NCBI GenBank assembly: GCA_040003385.1
Contig: JBDUCQ010000001.1
Coordinates: 11,811 to 75,810, forward strand
Direction of reading: 5' to 3'
DNA from: Ginsengibacter sp.
GTDB taxonomy: Bacteria > Bacteroidota > Bacteroidia > Chitinophagales > Chitinophagaceae
Length of the DNA: 64,000 nt
This document shows, piece after piece, positions 49,660-59,221 of the stretch. The translations under genes and the position numbers were made by a program. Under the pieces are notes generated by a model. The model worked only from the letters and a program-made list of their open reading frames with translations, did no database searches and had not been told where the DNA came from. Position 1 is the stretch's first letter. Each line of letters opens with the position of its first letter.

Positions 49660-50262
49660 CTACTTTATGAATCCTTTAATGAGATCCATCAATCCGCCAC
49701 CACCATTTTGTTGTTGTTGTTGCATTGCACCACCGGCCAGGCTTTTTACAAGATCCATCAACCCTCCCCCGCTACTTCCATTGCCTCCTGAGGTTACTTG
49801 TTTTAAAAGATCGCCCAATCCTCCGCCCTGTGACTGTTGTCCAACTTCATCGCTCTTGCCGCCCGTGATCGACCTCAATAAATTCTCCAGTGAAAAACCT
49901 GTATTACCCGGATCATTAACTTTATTCACGAGGCTTCCAAGAACATCTGGTATCAGGTTACCAGCAACATTGCTTGCCTGGCTGTTTCCCATTTTGAAAT
50001 TATTCATCAGCTTTGATGCAAAATGGCCGATCATCATTGATACAATGGGATTGCTGAGCAAGCTGCTCTTATTATTTCCCCCACCAAATAATGACAGCAG
50101 GCTTTGCAATCCGCCACCTGCAACAACATTTCTTAATCCTGATGCAACAGTATTGGTAGCTTCTGCCACCACCGCATCATTGTGTTCATTGGGCACATCA
50201 GGGTTGTTGATCACAGAATCGTTAGCGTTGGATTTTACAAGATCGAATAATTCTTTAAGCAT
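49660..50262 (-). CDS. Conserved Gly-rich hypothetical protein (DUF937-like)
   Basis: Repeated GG(G)L(M/G)DL(L/V/I)K motifs, amphipathic helices. Confidence 0.6.
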   Translation of the reverse strand: MLKELFDLVKSNANDSVINNPDVPNEHNDAVVAEATNTVASGLRNVVAGGGLQSLLSLFGGGNNKSSLLSNPIVSMMIGHFASKLMNNFKMGNSQASNVAGNLIPDVLGSLVNKVNDPGNTGFSLENLLRSITGGKSDEVGQQSQGGGLGDLLKQVTSGGNGSSGGGLMDLVKSLAGGAMQQQQQNGGGGLMDLIKGFIK

Positions 50263-50439
50263 AAGATGTTTTTAAGGAGGTTAAAAATTATGAATGACTG
50301 CTTTGTACCTACGGCGTCTTGATTATACAAATTTTTATCTGTTAATTATATAAACCGGGTGATAAAGATACAATAGCTAGGTATCATAAGTGGCATCATA
50401 TTCTGTTGGAAGTTCAATAACTTTGGAAAGATTAAATAT

Positions 50440-50898
50440 GTGACCATGACTTCCATTGCTGAAGCGCTCGTTAGTCTTATTGAGGAATACATGCCACAAC
50501 TGGATAAAATTGCCGGGGACGAATTTTCAAAAAAAACTGCACCGGGGAAATGGAGCAAAAAAGAGATGATAGGCCACCTGGCAGATTCAGCTCAGAATAA
50601 TATCCGGCGTTTCATTGTTGCTCAATATGAAGATACCCCTACAATCGTGTACAACCAGGATGAATGGGTAACATTGAATAATTACCAGCAACAACCTCCC
50701 CAGCATGTTGTTCAACTTTGGTATGTGCTCAATAAACAGGTTGCCGCCATTTTTAAAAAAATATCACCTGGAGCTGCCCTGCGCCAAAGTCAAAGCCAGG
50801 AGTTGCATACTATTGAATGGCTCGGCCAGGATTACCTAAAGCACCTGAAGCATCATATGCATGTGGTGCTCGATTTGGAACCGGTGGCCTACCCGTAG
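50440..50898 (+). CDS. DinB-family protein
   Basis: PGKWSKKEMIGHLADS, YNQDEWV, DYLKHLKHH motifs. Confidence 0.88.
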   Translation: MTMTSIAEALVSLIEEYMPQLDKIAGDEFSKKTAPGKWSKKEMIGHLADSAQNNIRRFIVAQYEDTPTIVYNQDEWVTLNNYQQQPPQHVVQLWYVLNKQVAAIFKKISPGAALRQSQSQELHTIEWLGQDYLKHLKHHMHVVLDLEPVAYP

Positions 50899-50959
50899 AT
50901 TTATTTTTGATTGTTGAAATAAGCTTACTTGTCAGCTTGGTAAATGCAGGCATGTTCAA

Positions 50960-51123
50960 ACACTCAACACTCAATGCTCAATGTTCAAGTATTAAAGCAT
51001 AGTATAACTTGATCGAAGAAATTTCAACACCGAAAGGTTGTCTTTAATTTCCTTCATAACGGATGTGCAAATTAGAAATGCTTTCACCTTGAACATTGAA
51101 AATTGAGTGTTGAGTGTTGAGTG
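50960..51123. repeat. Inverted heptad-repeat element between convergent genes
   Basis: CACTCAACACTCAATGCTCAATGTTCAAG near 50961-50989 is complementary to CTTGAACATTGAAAATTGAGTGTTGAGTGTTGAGTG near 51089-51123. Confidence 0.82.
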
Positions 51124-51168
51124 TTTTTTTTATTATATAAAGCTTCGTCAAGATGTAATAATCCTTAT

Positions 51169-53370
51169 TTAAGACTTCACCTTTATCCTTATTCTTTGCC
51201 TGATATCTGAAGACGAGCTTCCCACCTGTAGTTCATAGTGCCCGGAAGCGATTTTATAATCGTTTGCAGCTTCATCAAAATATCGAAGCTGTTCCGGCAA
51301 AATCATAAACGATACCATTCGACCTGTTCTTTTTGGAATAGTTACACGGGTAAATCCCTGCAAGGATTTTACAGGATAATTATGTGCCCGATCATTGATC
51401 TTTTTGAGATATAGCTGCACAACTTCACTACCATCATACACGCCTGCATTTTTAATTTGCACTGTCAAACGTATGGTATCAGTGGCATGAATTATTTTAT
51501 TACCGGTTCTAATACCTTCATAAGAGAACCTGCTGAAACCTAGTCCATAACCAAAAGGAAACAGCGGTTTCTTTTTAAAATATCTATATGTTCTTCCTTT
51601 CATATTATAATCCTGAAATGCCGGAAGATCTTTCGTTGATTTGTAAAAGGTCACGGGCAATCTCCCCGACGGATTATAATCACCAAAGATGATATCTGCC
51701 GCGGCATTACCGGCTTCTTCGCCCGGGTACCATGCCTGGATGATTGCGGGTATGTGCCTCTTTTCCCAATTGACCGACAATACACTCCCGCTTGTGAGCA
51801 ACAGGATTATTTTCTTATGGGTTGCCGCTAATTTTTTAAGCAGGGCTTCCTGTTCTATTGGCATTTCAAGGCTTGTCCTGTCACCCTTATAAAATCCATT
51901 AAGTGTGACATTTGCATCACCTTCTTCACCTTCCAGCCTTGAAGAAATGCCTGCCACCATGATGATCAGGTCTGCTGATTTTGCGATCTTCAAGGCTCTA
52001 TTGATGCTATCTCCCTTCTGAACTGCATGTGCGTAATTGGAGCCAGGAACAGGTACTCCCTCTGCATATAAGGCTTTTACCAATGGGCCAACTTTTGCAT
52101 GAATACCCTGCAAAAAAGTAACCGCTGATGAAGGAGTTCCGTTGTAATTACCCAACAATACATCAGCATTGTTTGCATAGGGACCAATGACTGCGATGGT
52201 ATGGACGCTTTTGTCCAGTGGCAAAAGATTGTGTTTATTCTTCAGCAAAACCATGCTTTCGATAGCTACCCTTTTGGCCATTTCCCTGCTTGCCCTTGTA
52301 TCAACGTCTTCGATACCAAGAAAAGAAAAAGGAACTTCATTGGGGTTCTCAAACATTCCCAATTTAAATCTTGTTAAAAGCAAGTGGTACAAAGCGCTGT
52401 CTATATTTGTAAGAAGCGCAGGATTTTTTTGCAAAGCAATTTTCAGTGCTCCCATTTCAGGCCCGCATGAGAGGTCACTCCCGGCAATCAGGGATGCTGC
52501 TGCAGCTTCAGCAGTTGATGAATATGTTTTGTGCGAATTGACCATATCCGAAATTGCCCAGCAATCAGTAACGATGTGACCAGAAAAATGCCATTTATCC
52601 TTTAATATTTTTTGCAGTAATTCCGCATTTGCACAACATGGTGCGCCATCAAACCGGTTGTACGCACACATCACGCCTTCCACTTTTGCCTTTGTAACCA
52701 ACGCCTCAAAAGCAGGCAAATAAGTTTCATAAAGGTCTTTCCTGGATACGCGGGCATCGAATGAATGTCTTTCGGATTCAGGTCCGCTGTGAACAGCGAA
52801 ATGTTTGGCTGTGGCGGCTACCTTCAGATATTTTGGATCATTGCCTTGCAAACCTTTTACATATGCTGTTCCAATTTGTGCAGTTAAAAATGGATCCTCA
52901 CCATAAGTTTCCTGCCCGCGTCCCCACCTGGGATCACGAAAAATATTAATGTTGGGCGACCAGAAAGTCAGGCCCTGGTAAATACCATTCGAATCATTCT
53001 TTTGTAATGCATCATTGTACTTTGCCCTGGCTTCCGTTGATACAACATCTCCCATTTGATTGATCAATGCAGTATCCCAGGTAGCAGCCATCGCAATCGC
53101 CTGGGGAAATACTGTTGCCACACCATTTCTTGCCACACCATGCAACGCTTCATTCCACCAATTGTAGGCCGGTATGTGTAAACGCTTTATCGATGGTTGG
53201 GTATACTGCAAAAAAGCAATTTTTTCTTCAGTGGTAAATTGCTTTAATAATTCAGCAGCGCGTTGTTGAAATAGCCTGCTGCCATGAACTGTATCCCTTT
53301 GAGCAGAGGTTTGATTCCAAATAAAAATAAGTGGCAGCAAAAATACCCGTCTTGAAATCCTTGTTTTCAT
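51169..53370 (-). CDS. GH3 beta-glucosidase/beta-xylosidase with Fn3-like C-terminus
   Basis: WWNEALHGVA, WSPNINIFRDPRWGRGQETYGEDP, KHFAVHSGPE, VTDCWA (nucleophile), AWYPGE, FPFGYGL; probable start MKTRISRR. Confidence 0.93.
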   Translation of the reverse strand: MKTRISRRVFLLPLIFIWNQTSAQRDTVHGSRLFQQRAAELLKQFTTEEKIAFLQYTQPSIKRLHIPAYNWWNEALHGVARNGVATVFPQAIAMAATWDTALINQMGDVVSTEARAKYNDALQKNDSNGIYQGLTFWSPNINIFRDPRWGRGQETYGEDPFLTAQIGTAYVKGLQGNDPKYLKVAATAKHFAVHSGPESERHSFDARVSRKDLYETYLPAFEALVTKAKVEGVMCAYNRFDGAPCCANAELLQKILKDKWHFSGHIVTDCWAISDMVNSHKTYSSTAEAAAASLIAGSDLSCGPEMGALKIALQKNPALLTNIDSALYHLLLTRFKLGMFENPNEVPFSFLGIEDVDTRASREMAKRVAIESMVLLKNKHNLLPLDKSVHTIAVIGPYANNADVLLGNYNGTPSSAVTFLQGIHAKVGPLVKALYAEGVPVPGSNYAHAVQKGDSINRALKIAKSADLIIMVAGISSRLEGEEGDANVTLNGFYKGDRTSLEMPIEQEALLKKLAATHKKIILLLTSGSVLSVNWEKRHIPAIIQAWYPGEEAGNAAADIIFGDYNPSGRLPVTFYKSTKDLPAFQDYNMKGRTYRYFKKKPLFPFGYGLGFSRFSYEGIRTGNKIIHATDTIRLTVQIKNAGVYDGSEVVQLYLKKINDRAHNYPVKSLQGFTRVTIPKRTGRMVSFMILPEQLRYFDEAANDYKIASGHYELQVGSSSSDIRQRIRIKVKS

Positions 53371-53479
53371 CACGATAAAAATACGTGAATTAAATACTGA
53401 TCCATCGCATGTAAACATGATTCTACTACATCATCAAACTAAAAAAATGAATACTGATTAGGCGGGATTACTTTTAGGA

Positions 53480-54889
53480 CTAGAATACATTGAATCCTGC
53501 AATGTCGTAAGCCGCAGAAGCAAACAGGTCGTCATGTATCAGTCCAACACCCCTGGCAAACCATCGTTCCTCTGTACCTACTGGCGTTGTTGGATCTAAA
53601 GACACGAAATATTCATACTTTACCTTGATAACATCCGCGAAATTTTTTGAACCGATGGTTACAGGAACGCTTTTTTCAAGGATCGTCATTTTTATATTGA
53701 GGGTAACGGGGACCGTAGAAACGAATCCTGAAAAATCGGAGGATTGCCAGGTAGTACCCATGGGCACATCATCTTTTAAAAAAATATATTCACCCAAAAC
53801 AGGGCCATCAAACGGAAGCACTGTTGAAAAATCTATGTATTGAAAATAATCCGCACCCGCTTTCCTGTAATATTGAGTGTCTGAAACAGCATTCGGGGGA
53901 ATGGAATTTGCATTCAGGCTTTTGTAATCATTACCAGCAATGGTTGGCGAATAGGTCATCACTTTGATGAACAGCGAATCTGCGGTACCTCCTCCTATTA
54001 AAGAATATTTCCAGTTTGAGTTGGCAGTAGTAGGAAAATAATCAAGTGAAGCAGAATTGGTGGCAAAATTTAATGAAAAATTGCAGCCACCTGCGCCATA
54101 CGATACAGTAAATACCTGGTTTCCGGCATTGGCAGGAATACCGACTGCCTGCAATAATACATTCTGCATTCCTGTAATCGCAAAAGAGCCGCTTGAAGAA
54201 AATTTTACACCATTCACAAGATTTGTTGAGATGTTATAATTCCCTGCCTTTGTAACATTTACCTGTACCAGGATATTGTTGGAACTGTCCATTGCAATTC
54301 CCTTCGTATAGCTTCCGGATATCACCACCGGGGTACAACTTCCCGCAGCCGAACCCAAATTTCCGGTGGAAGCGGTGCCACCGATTCCTGTATTATTAGC
54401 AAGATTGATGTTTGCAGAAAACTTTCCTTCCGTTATTGTTGTAATGCCGCTAAGAGAATCCAGGGCATCTCCCGAAAAAGTCCCGGTTATATGATTGTCC
54501 GATAGGTTTATGATATTGATCACAAACTCACCCACAAGCTGGTCTGCCTGGTAAATGGTTTTTGCGGGCGATTTATACAGAAGGTCAGCCTGCATAAGGG
54601 AAGCCTTAAAAGTACCGTTCGTTAAGCTGTCATCTTCCAGGACATGGAGATAAAATCTTTGCTGTCCATTTAAAGAAGTACCCTCAATATTCAGGCTCTT
54701 TTTATTGCCCGCCAGTTTTAAGATGTAAGCTGTATCAACAGGCCCGACGAATTGAACCCCTCCTTCTTTGAATTCCCAATCACCGGCTCCGAATTTTTTA
54801 ATTCCTTCTTCAAGGCTGAACTCTTTTTTACAAAATGGAAAAAGTAAGCTGGTGAGAATAACAAAAAGACAGATTTTCAAAGTCCGCAT
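53480..54889 (-). CDS. Hypothetical secreted/lipoprotein, multi-domain beta-rich
   Basis: Start set at MRTLKIC...FCKKE; beta-rich domains; C-terminal WFARGVGLI-type motif. Confidence 0.65.
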   Translation of the reverse strand: MRTLKICLFVILTSLLFPFCKKEFSLEEGIKKFGAGDWEFKEGGVQFVGPVDTAYILKLAGNKKSLNIEGTSLNGQQRFYLHVLEDDSLTNGTFKASLMQADLLYKSPAKTIYQADQLVGEFVINIINLSDNHITGTFSGDALDSLSGITTITEGKFSANINLANNTGIGGTASTGNLGSAAGSCTPVVISGSYTKGIAMDSSNNILVQVNVTKAGNYNISTNLVNGVKFSSSGSFAITGMQNVLLQAVGIPANAGNQVFTVSYGAGGCNFSLNFATNSASLDYFPTTANSNWKYSLIGGGTADSLFIKVMTYSPTIAGNDYKSLNANSIPPNAVSDTQYYRKAGADYFQYIDFSTVLPFDGPVLGEYIFLKDDVPMGTTWQSSDFSGFVSTVPVTLNIKMTILEKSVPVTIGSKNFADVIKVKYEYFVSLDPTTPVGTEERWFARGVGLIHDDLFASAAYDIAGFNVF

Positions 54890-54923
54890 TGATCGTAGTT
54901 TAGCATTCAGAAAGTTAAAAAAA

Positions 54924-55601
54924 TCAGGATACCCGGATCTCATCATTAACAATCGCCCCGGTTTCAACGGTATGATGGCCCACATCCCTCTTTTGCTGAT
55001 TAAAGAAACGTTTTTGAAACAATAAAATTGTAATCACACCAATTGAAATTGACGCATCAGCAAGATTGAAAATTGGCCTGAAAAATTCGAATTCCTCGCC
55101 TCCCCATACCGGGATCCAGGCCGGAAAATGCGCATCCCTGATCACAGGGAAATAAAGCATGTCTACCACTTTGCCATGGAAAAAACCTGCATATCCGTGG
55201 GCTGGAAAAATTTTTGCAACATTCAGAAGGGTAGTGCTGCTTTCTTCGAATATTAATCCATAAAACATACTGTCTATCAGGTTACCCAATGCACCTGCAA
55301 ATATCAATGAAGCGCAGATCACAAAACCAGGGTGATATTTCTTTTTAACAATAACAGAGAGATAATACACTCCAAATGTAACGGCGGCAAGCCTGAACAA
55401 CGTCAGCAGCATCTTTCCCCATTCACCACCGAATTTCCATCCATATGCCATTCCTTCGTTCTCAATAAAATATAAACGGAACCAATTCCCTGCCATAGGG
55501 TGCCATTCGCCAGCATGGTAATGCGTTTTGATGAAGATCTTCAGCGCCTGGTCTGCAAGCACCAAAATAAAAATTATCAAAAAAACATTTCTTCCTTTCA
55601 C
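54924..55601 (-). CDS. lspA: Lipoprotein signal peptidase (signal peptidase II)
   Basis: DQALK, ENEGMAYG, GALGNLIDS, GKVVDM, IFNLADASI; GTG start at 55601. Confidence 0.93.
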   Translation of the reverse strand: MKGRNVFLIIFILVLADQALKIFIKTHYHAGEWHPMAGNWFRLYFIENEGMAYGWKFGGEWGKMLLTLFRLAAVTFGVYYLSVIVKKKYHPGFVICASLIFAGALGNLIDSMFYGLIFEESSTTLLNVAKIFPAHGYAGFFHGKVVDMLYFPVIRDAHFPAWIPVWGGEEFEFFRPIFNLADASISIGVITILLFQKRFFNQQKRDVGHHTVETGAIVNDEIRVS

Positions 55602-55748
55602 TATAAAATAATTTGAGGCGCAAAGATAATGAAAACGCATACAGCATATGTAAACACAGAACCGCTAAGGTGCCTCAATCTGTGCGGGATATCATTCTAT
55701 GAACTTCATGGTGCATTGTTTTAACTTGGTTTTAAGAATGACCTCATT

Positions 55749-58247
55749 TCACTCTTCAAAATAAACCCGTTTCACTCTTTGTGATATGCCAGTCATGATC
55801 TCATATGAAATTGTATTGGCCCATTTAGCAATTTTTTGAATGGGAAGCTGGTCCCCGAACACAACGACCTCGTCGCCTTCATGCACTTGTTCAATGCCAG
55901 TCACATCAATCATTGTCATATCCATACAAACATTTCCAACTACTGGTGCAAGCTGATCATGAACCAACATTTTACCGACGCCGTTGCTTAAGCGTCTTGG
56001 GTATCCATCTGCATAGCCGATCCGCACGGTCGCAATTGTCACATCTTTTTCCAGAACATGCCCTCTTCCATAACCTACGCTCTCACCGGCCTTCACCAGT
56101 TTTACCTGGGCTATGTTGGTTGTAAGGGTGGAAACGGTTTTTAACTTTAACTGCATTGCATTGTGGGAATCAATGCCATATAATCCAATTCCAAGTCTTA
56201 CCATGTCGAGCTGCAAATCCGGGTGCCGGTTGATGGCTGCAGTATTGGCAATATGCCTGATGAAATCATATTTCAGTGCACCTGTTAACTGTTCACAACA
56301 CTTTACAAATATATTTGCCTGTTGCCTGGTAAAATCATCCTGGCTTTCCTGCTCGCTGGCAACAAGGTGAGAAAATACTGACTGAACCTTTATCAATTCG
56401 TTCCCATTCAGATGCAATGCCAATTCGCTCATATCCTGCTGTTCAAAACCGAGACGGTGCATACCTGAATCAAGCTTTATGTGAACAGGAAAGAATTTAA
56501 TAGAAGATGATTGTAAATACTTTTCCAGTTCGAATAAAATTGAAAATGAAAATATTTCAGGCTCAAGGTTGTAGGTTACCAATGTATTGAAAGTATTTTC
56601 CTGGGGATTCATCACCATCACCGGCAACGTGATCCCTGCCTTTCTCAGCTGAACCCCTTCATCAGCGTATGCTACTGCGAGGTAATCAACTTTATTGAAT
56701 TGGAGAAGGCTGGCAATTTCAAAGCTGCCACTTCCATAGCTGAAAGCTTTCACCATGGCCATTGTTTTTGTACCTGGCTTCAATACCTGCCGGTACTGTC
56801 TTAAATTATGAGCAATCGCTGAAAGATCGATTGATAAAATGGTTTGATGTATTTTTTGCTCCAGCATCAGGTCAATTTGTTCAAACTCAAAAGACCTGGC
56901 ACCTTTTATAAGAATCGTTTCATTTGAAAAGTGAAGGGAATAAAAATCTTTTTTGAATTGAGCCATGGAATCAAAAAAATAATGCTCCTTTATAAACGAA
57001 AACTGTTGTTGCTGTGATACCAGCTGCGGTCCGATGGCAATCAGCCTGTCCACTTTTTTTTGCAGGAGCAATGTGGCCACTTCCTCGTAGAGTTGGTATT
57101 CATTCTTACCACTTTGCAGTATGTCGGACAATACAAGGGTACGCCTGGGATGTTGGTGCTGTTGTGATAAAAAATCCAATGCAATGGAAAGTGAATTCAG
57201 ATCATTGCTGTAACTGTCATTGATGATCGAACAATTATTGAACCCATGCTTGAGCTGCAACCTCATTTCAACCGGGCTTAGCAGCAACATGCGTGTTTCA
57301 ATTATTTCAGGAGCAATACCCAGGTGTAACAATACACACCAGCAGGCGATGGCATTTTCGATGGATGCATCATCAGCAAAAGGAATGGTCACTTTCATGT
57401 TCACCCCATGAAATATGGCAGAAATCAATGAATTGTTTCCTTTTTTTACTGTAGAAATTACTTGGAGTGTAGCGGCTTTTTTATTACCCCAGGTAAATAA
57501 TTCCATTGAATGTACTTCCCTTTTATCATTTGCAAAACCCAAAACCGCTTCTGAAAGATCCGGGTTATCTGTTTGAGTAACCAGGTAGGAAGCGTTTGTA
57601 AATAATTTTAATTTTTCCTTTATTTTTTGGCGTGTATCAGTAAATCCTTCATTGTGTGCTTCACCAATATTATTGAATACACCGATTGTTGGAAGAATCA
57701 TCCTTTGCAGCCTTTCCATTTCTCCCGGTTCCGAAATCCCTGCTTCAAATATGCCAAGGGTATGTGATGCATTCAGTTGCAGCACGCTCAAAGGCACCCC
57801 AATTTGTGAGTTGTAACTTTTAGGACTTCGTGCAATGTTAAAATCTGTTGCCAGTAATTGGTTCAGCCATTCTTTTATGACGGTTTTACCATTGCTGCCG
57901 GTTATGCCAATCACCGGCAGGTTAAATTTTTTCCTGTGATGTGCTGCCAGGAGATGCAAAGCTTCAAGCGAATTATTTACGAGGATGAAATTACAATGCT
58001 GGTAAGCGGTATGGTCGAAGGCTTCCTCGACAACGAAATTCCTGACTCCTTTATTAAAAAGATCGCTGATGAATCTTGCACCTTTCCCATGCCTGGTATT
58101 CAATGCAAAGAAAATTGTTTCACCGGGAAAAATAAGTTTCCTGCTGTCCAGCAATAGGTGTGTTGTGGGGAAAGTAGAACCCTGCGTCAATTTACCACCT
58201 GTAATTGATGCTATTTCACCAACCATATAATTGATGTTTACATTCAC
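55749..58247 (-). CDS. alr: Bifunctional MurF (UDP-MurNAc-tripeptide:D-Ala-D-Ala ligase) / alanine racemase
   Basis: MurF half: ITGSNGKT, SYNSQIG, INDSY. Alr half: AMVKAFSYGSG, HIKLDSGMHRLG, IGYADG, CMDM, YEIMT. Confidence 0.95.
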   Translation of the reverse strand: MNVNINYMVGEIASITGGKLTQGSTFPTTHLLLDSRKLIFPGETIFFALNTRHGKGARFISDLFNKGVRNFVVEEAFDHTAYQHCNFILVNNSLEALHLLAAHHRKKFNLPVIGITGSNGKTVIKEWLNQLLATDFNIARSPKSYNSQIGVPLSVLQLNASHTLGIFEAGISEPGEMERLQRMILPTIGVFNNIGEAHNEGFTDTRQKIKEKLKLFTNASYLVTQTDNPDLSEAVLGFANDKREVHSMELFTWGNKKAATLQVISTVKKGNNSLISAIFHGVNMKVTIPFADDASIENAIACWCVLLHLGIAPEIIETRMLLLSPVEMRLQLKHGFNNCSIINDSYSNDLNSLSIALDFLSQQHQHPRRTLVLSDILQSGKNEYQLYEEVATLLLQKKVDRLIAIGPQLVSQQQQFSFIKEHYFFDSMAQFKKDFYSLHFSNETILIKGARSFEFEQIDLMLEQKIHQTILSIDLSAIAHNLRQYRQVLKPGTKTMAMVKAFSYGSGSFEIASLLQFNKVDYLAVAYADEGVQLRKAGITLPVMVMNPQENTFNTLVTYNLEPEIFSFSILFELEKYLQSSSIKFFPVHIKLDSGMHRLGFEQQDMSELALHLNGNELIKVQSVFSHLVASEQESQDDFTRQQANIFVKCCEQLTGALKYDFIRHIANTAAINRHPDLQLDMVRLGIGLYGIDSHNAMQLKLKTVSTLTTNIAQVKLVKAGESVGYGRGHVLEKDVTIATVRIGYADGYPRRLSNGVGKMLVHDQLAPVVGNVCMDMTMIDVTGIEQVHEGDEVVVFGDQLPIQKIAKWANTISYEIMTGISQRVKRVYFEE

Positions 58248-58257
58248 AGATCAATAT

Positions 58258-59202
58258 TTAAATATCCCTTTCATCCGCAGGTATTTTTATTTTTTTATGG
58301 TAGAGGGAAAAAATGATTGATCCAACAAGGCATACTAAGATCACAGCCAGTGAAATATAGATGGGCAAATGAATATTAAAATATTCTATGAGCATTTTTA
58401 CGCCGATGAACACCAGCACAATGGCAATCCCCTGTTGCAGGTAGTCAAACTTACTCACAGCACCTCGCAATAAAAAGAATAAGGAACGCAGCCCGAGTAC
58501 AGCAAAAATATTAGAAGTATAGATCACCATCTTGTTTGTACTGATGGCAAATACCGCAGGAATTGAATCCAATGCAAAGACAATATCGGTCGTGGCCAGC
58601 AGGACCACCACCACAAATAACATGGTGAAATGTTTTTTACCACCGATCCGCTTTGTAAAATTCGGGCCTGCTTCTTCGTGAGTGATCGGCAATATTTTTT
58701 GCAAAAAAACATATACTTTGTTTTTGGCGGGATCAAATTCTGCATGCTGCTCAATAAAAAACATTTTGATTCCTGTGTAGACCAGGAAACCCCCAAATAT
58801 GTACAGGATCCATGAAAAGCTGGTAACCAAAGCAATTCCTATGGTAATAAAAATCACCCTGAAAAATATCGCCCCCAGGATCCCGAGCAACAATACCCTT
58901 CCATAATATTCTTTATGGATGTTGAAAAAACTAAAAATGAGGATGAACACAAAAATATTGTCAATGCTGAGGCTCCACTCCATCAGGTATGCGCTGATGT
59001 ATTCTATTGCAACTTTTTGCGAATCTTCGTACAACAGGAAAACAAAAAAAGCCATCGCAAGTCCTATCCAGAAAGAAGTTTGGTACAAGGCTTTCTTCAT
59101 TGTCATCTTTCGTGAACTCTTACTGAGAAGTCCCAGGTCGAATATGACCGCGACAAGCAATACAATTCCAAAAACCACGTAAGCCAATTGAGTAGCATTC
59201 AT
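58258..59202 (-). CDS. TerC/Alx-family membrane protein
   Basis: EWSLSIDNIFVF, DIVFALDSIPA, SNIFAVLGLRSL motifs. Confidence 0.92.
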   Translation of the reverse strand: MNATQLAYVVFGIVLLVAVIFDLGLLSKSSRKMTMKKALYQTSFWIGLAMAFFVFLLYEDSQKVAIEYISAYLMEWSLSIDNIFVFILIFSFFNIHKEYYGRVLLLGILGAIFFRVIFITIGIALVTSFSWILYIFGGFLVYTGIKMFFIEQHAEFDPAKNKVYVFLQKILPITHEEAGPNFTKRIGGKKHFTMLFVVVVLLATTDIVFALDSIPAVFAISTNKMVIYTSNIFAVLGLRSLFFLLRGAVSKFDYLQQGIAIVLVFIGVKMLIEYFNIHLPIYISLAVILVCLVGSIIFSLYHKKIKIPADERDI

Positions 59203-59221
59203 TCAGTGGGTATAAAAAAAA

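Noticed and set aside
49667-50275. 202-aa + strand ORF
   Set aside because: Exact antisense shadow of the Gly-rich - strand gene; its PPP/CCC runs mirror GGG/QQQ codons.
55749-58247. MurF-alanine racemase fusion as a novelty
   Set aside because: A well-known fusion in Bacteroidota.
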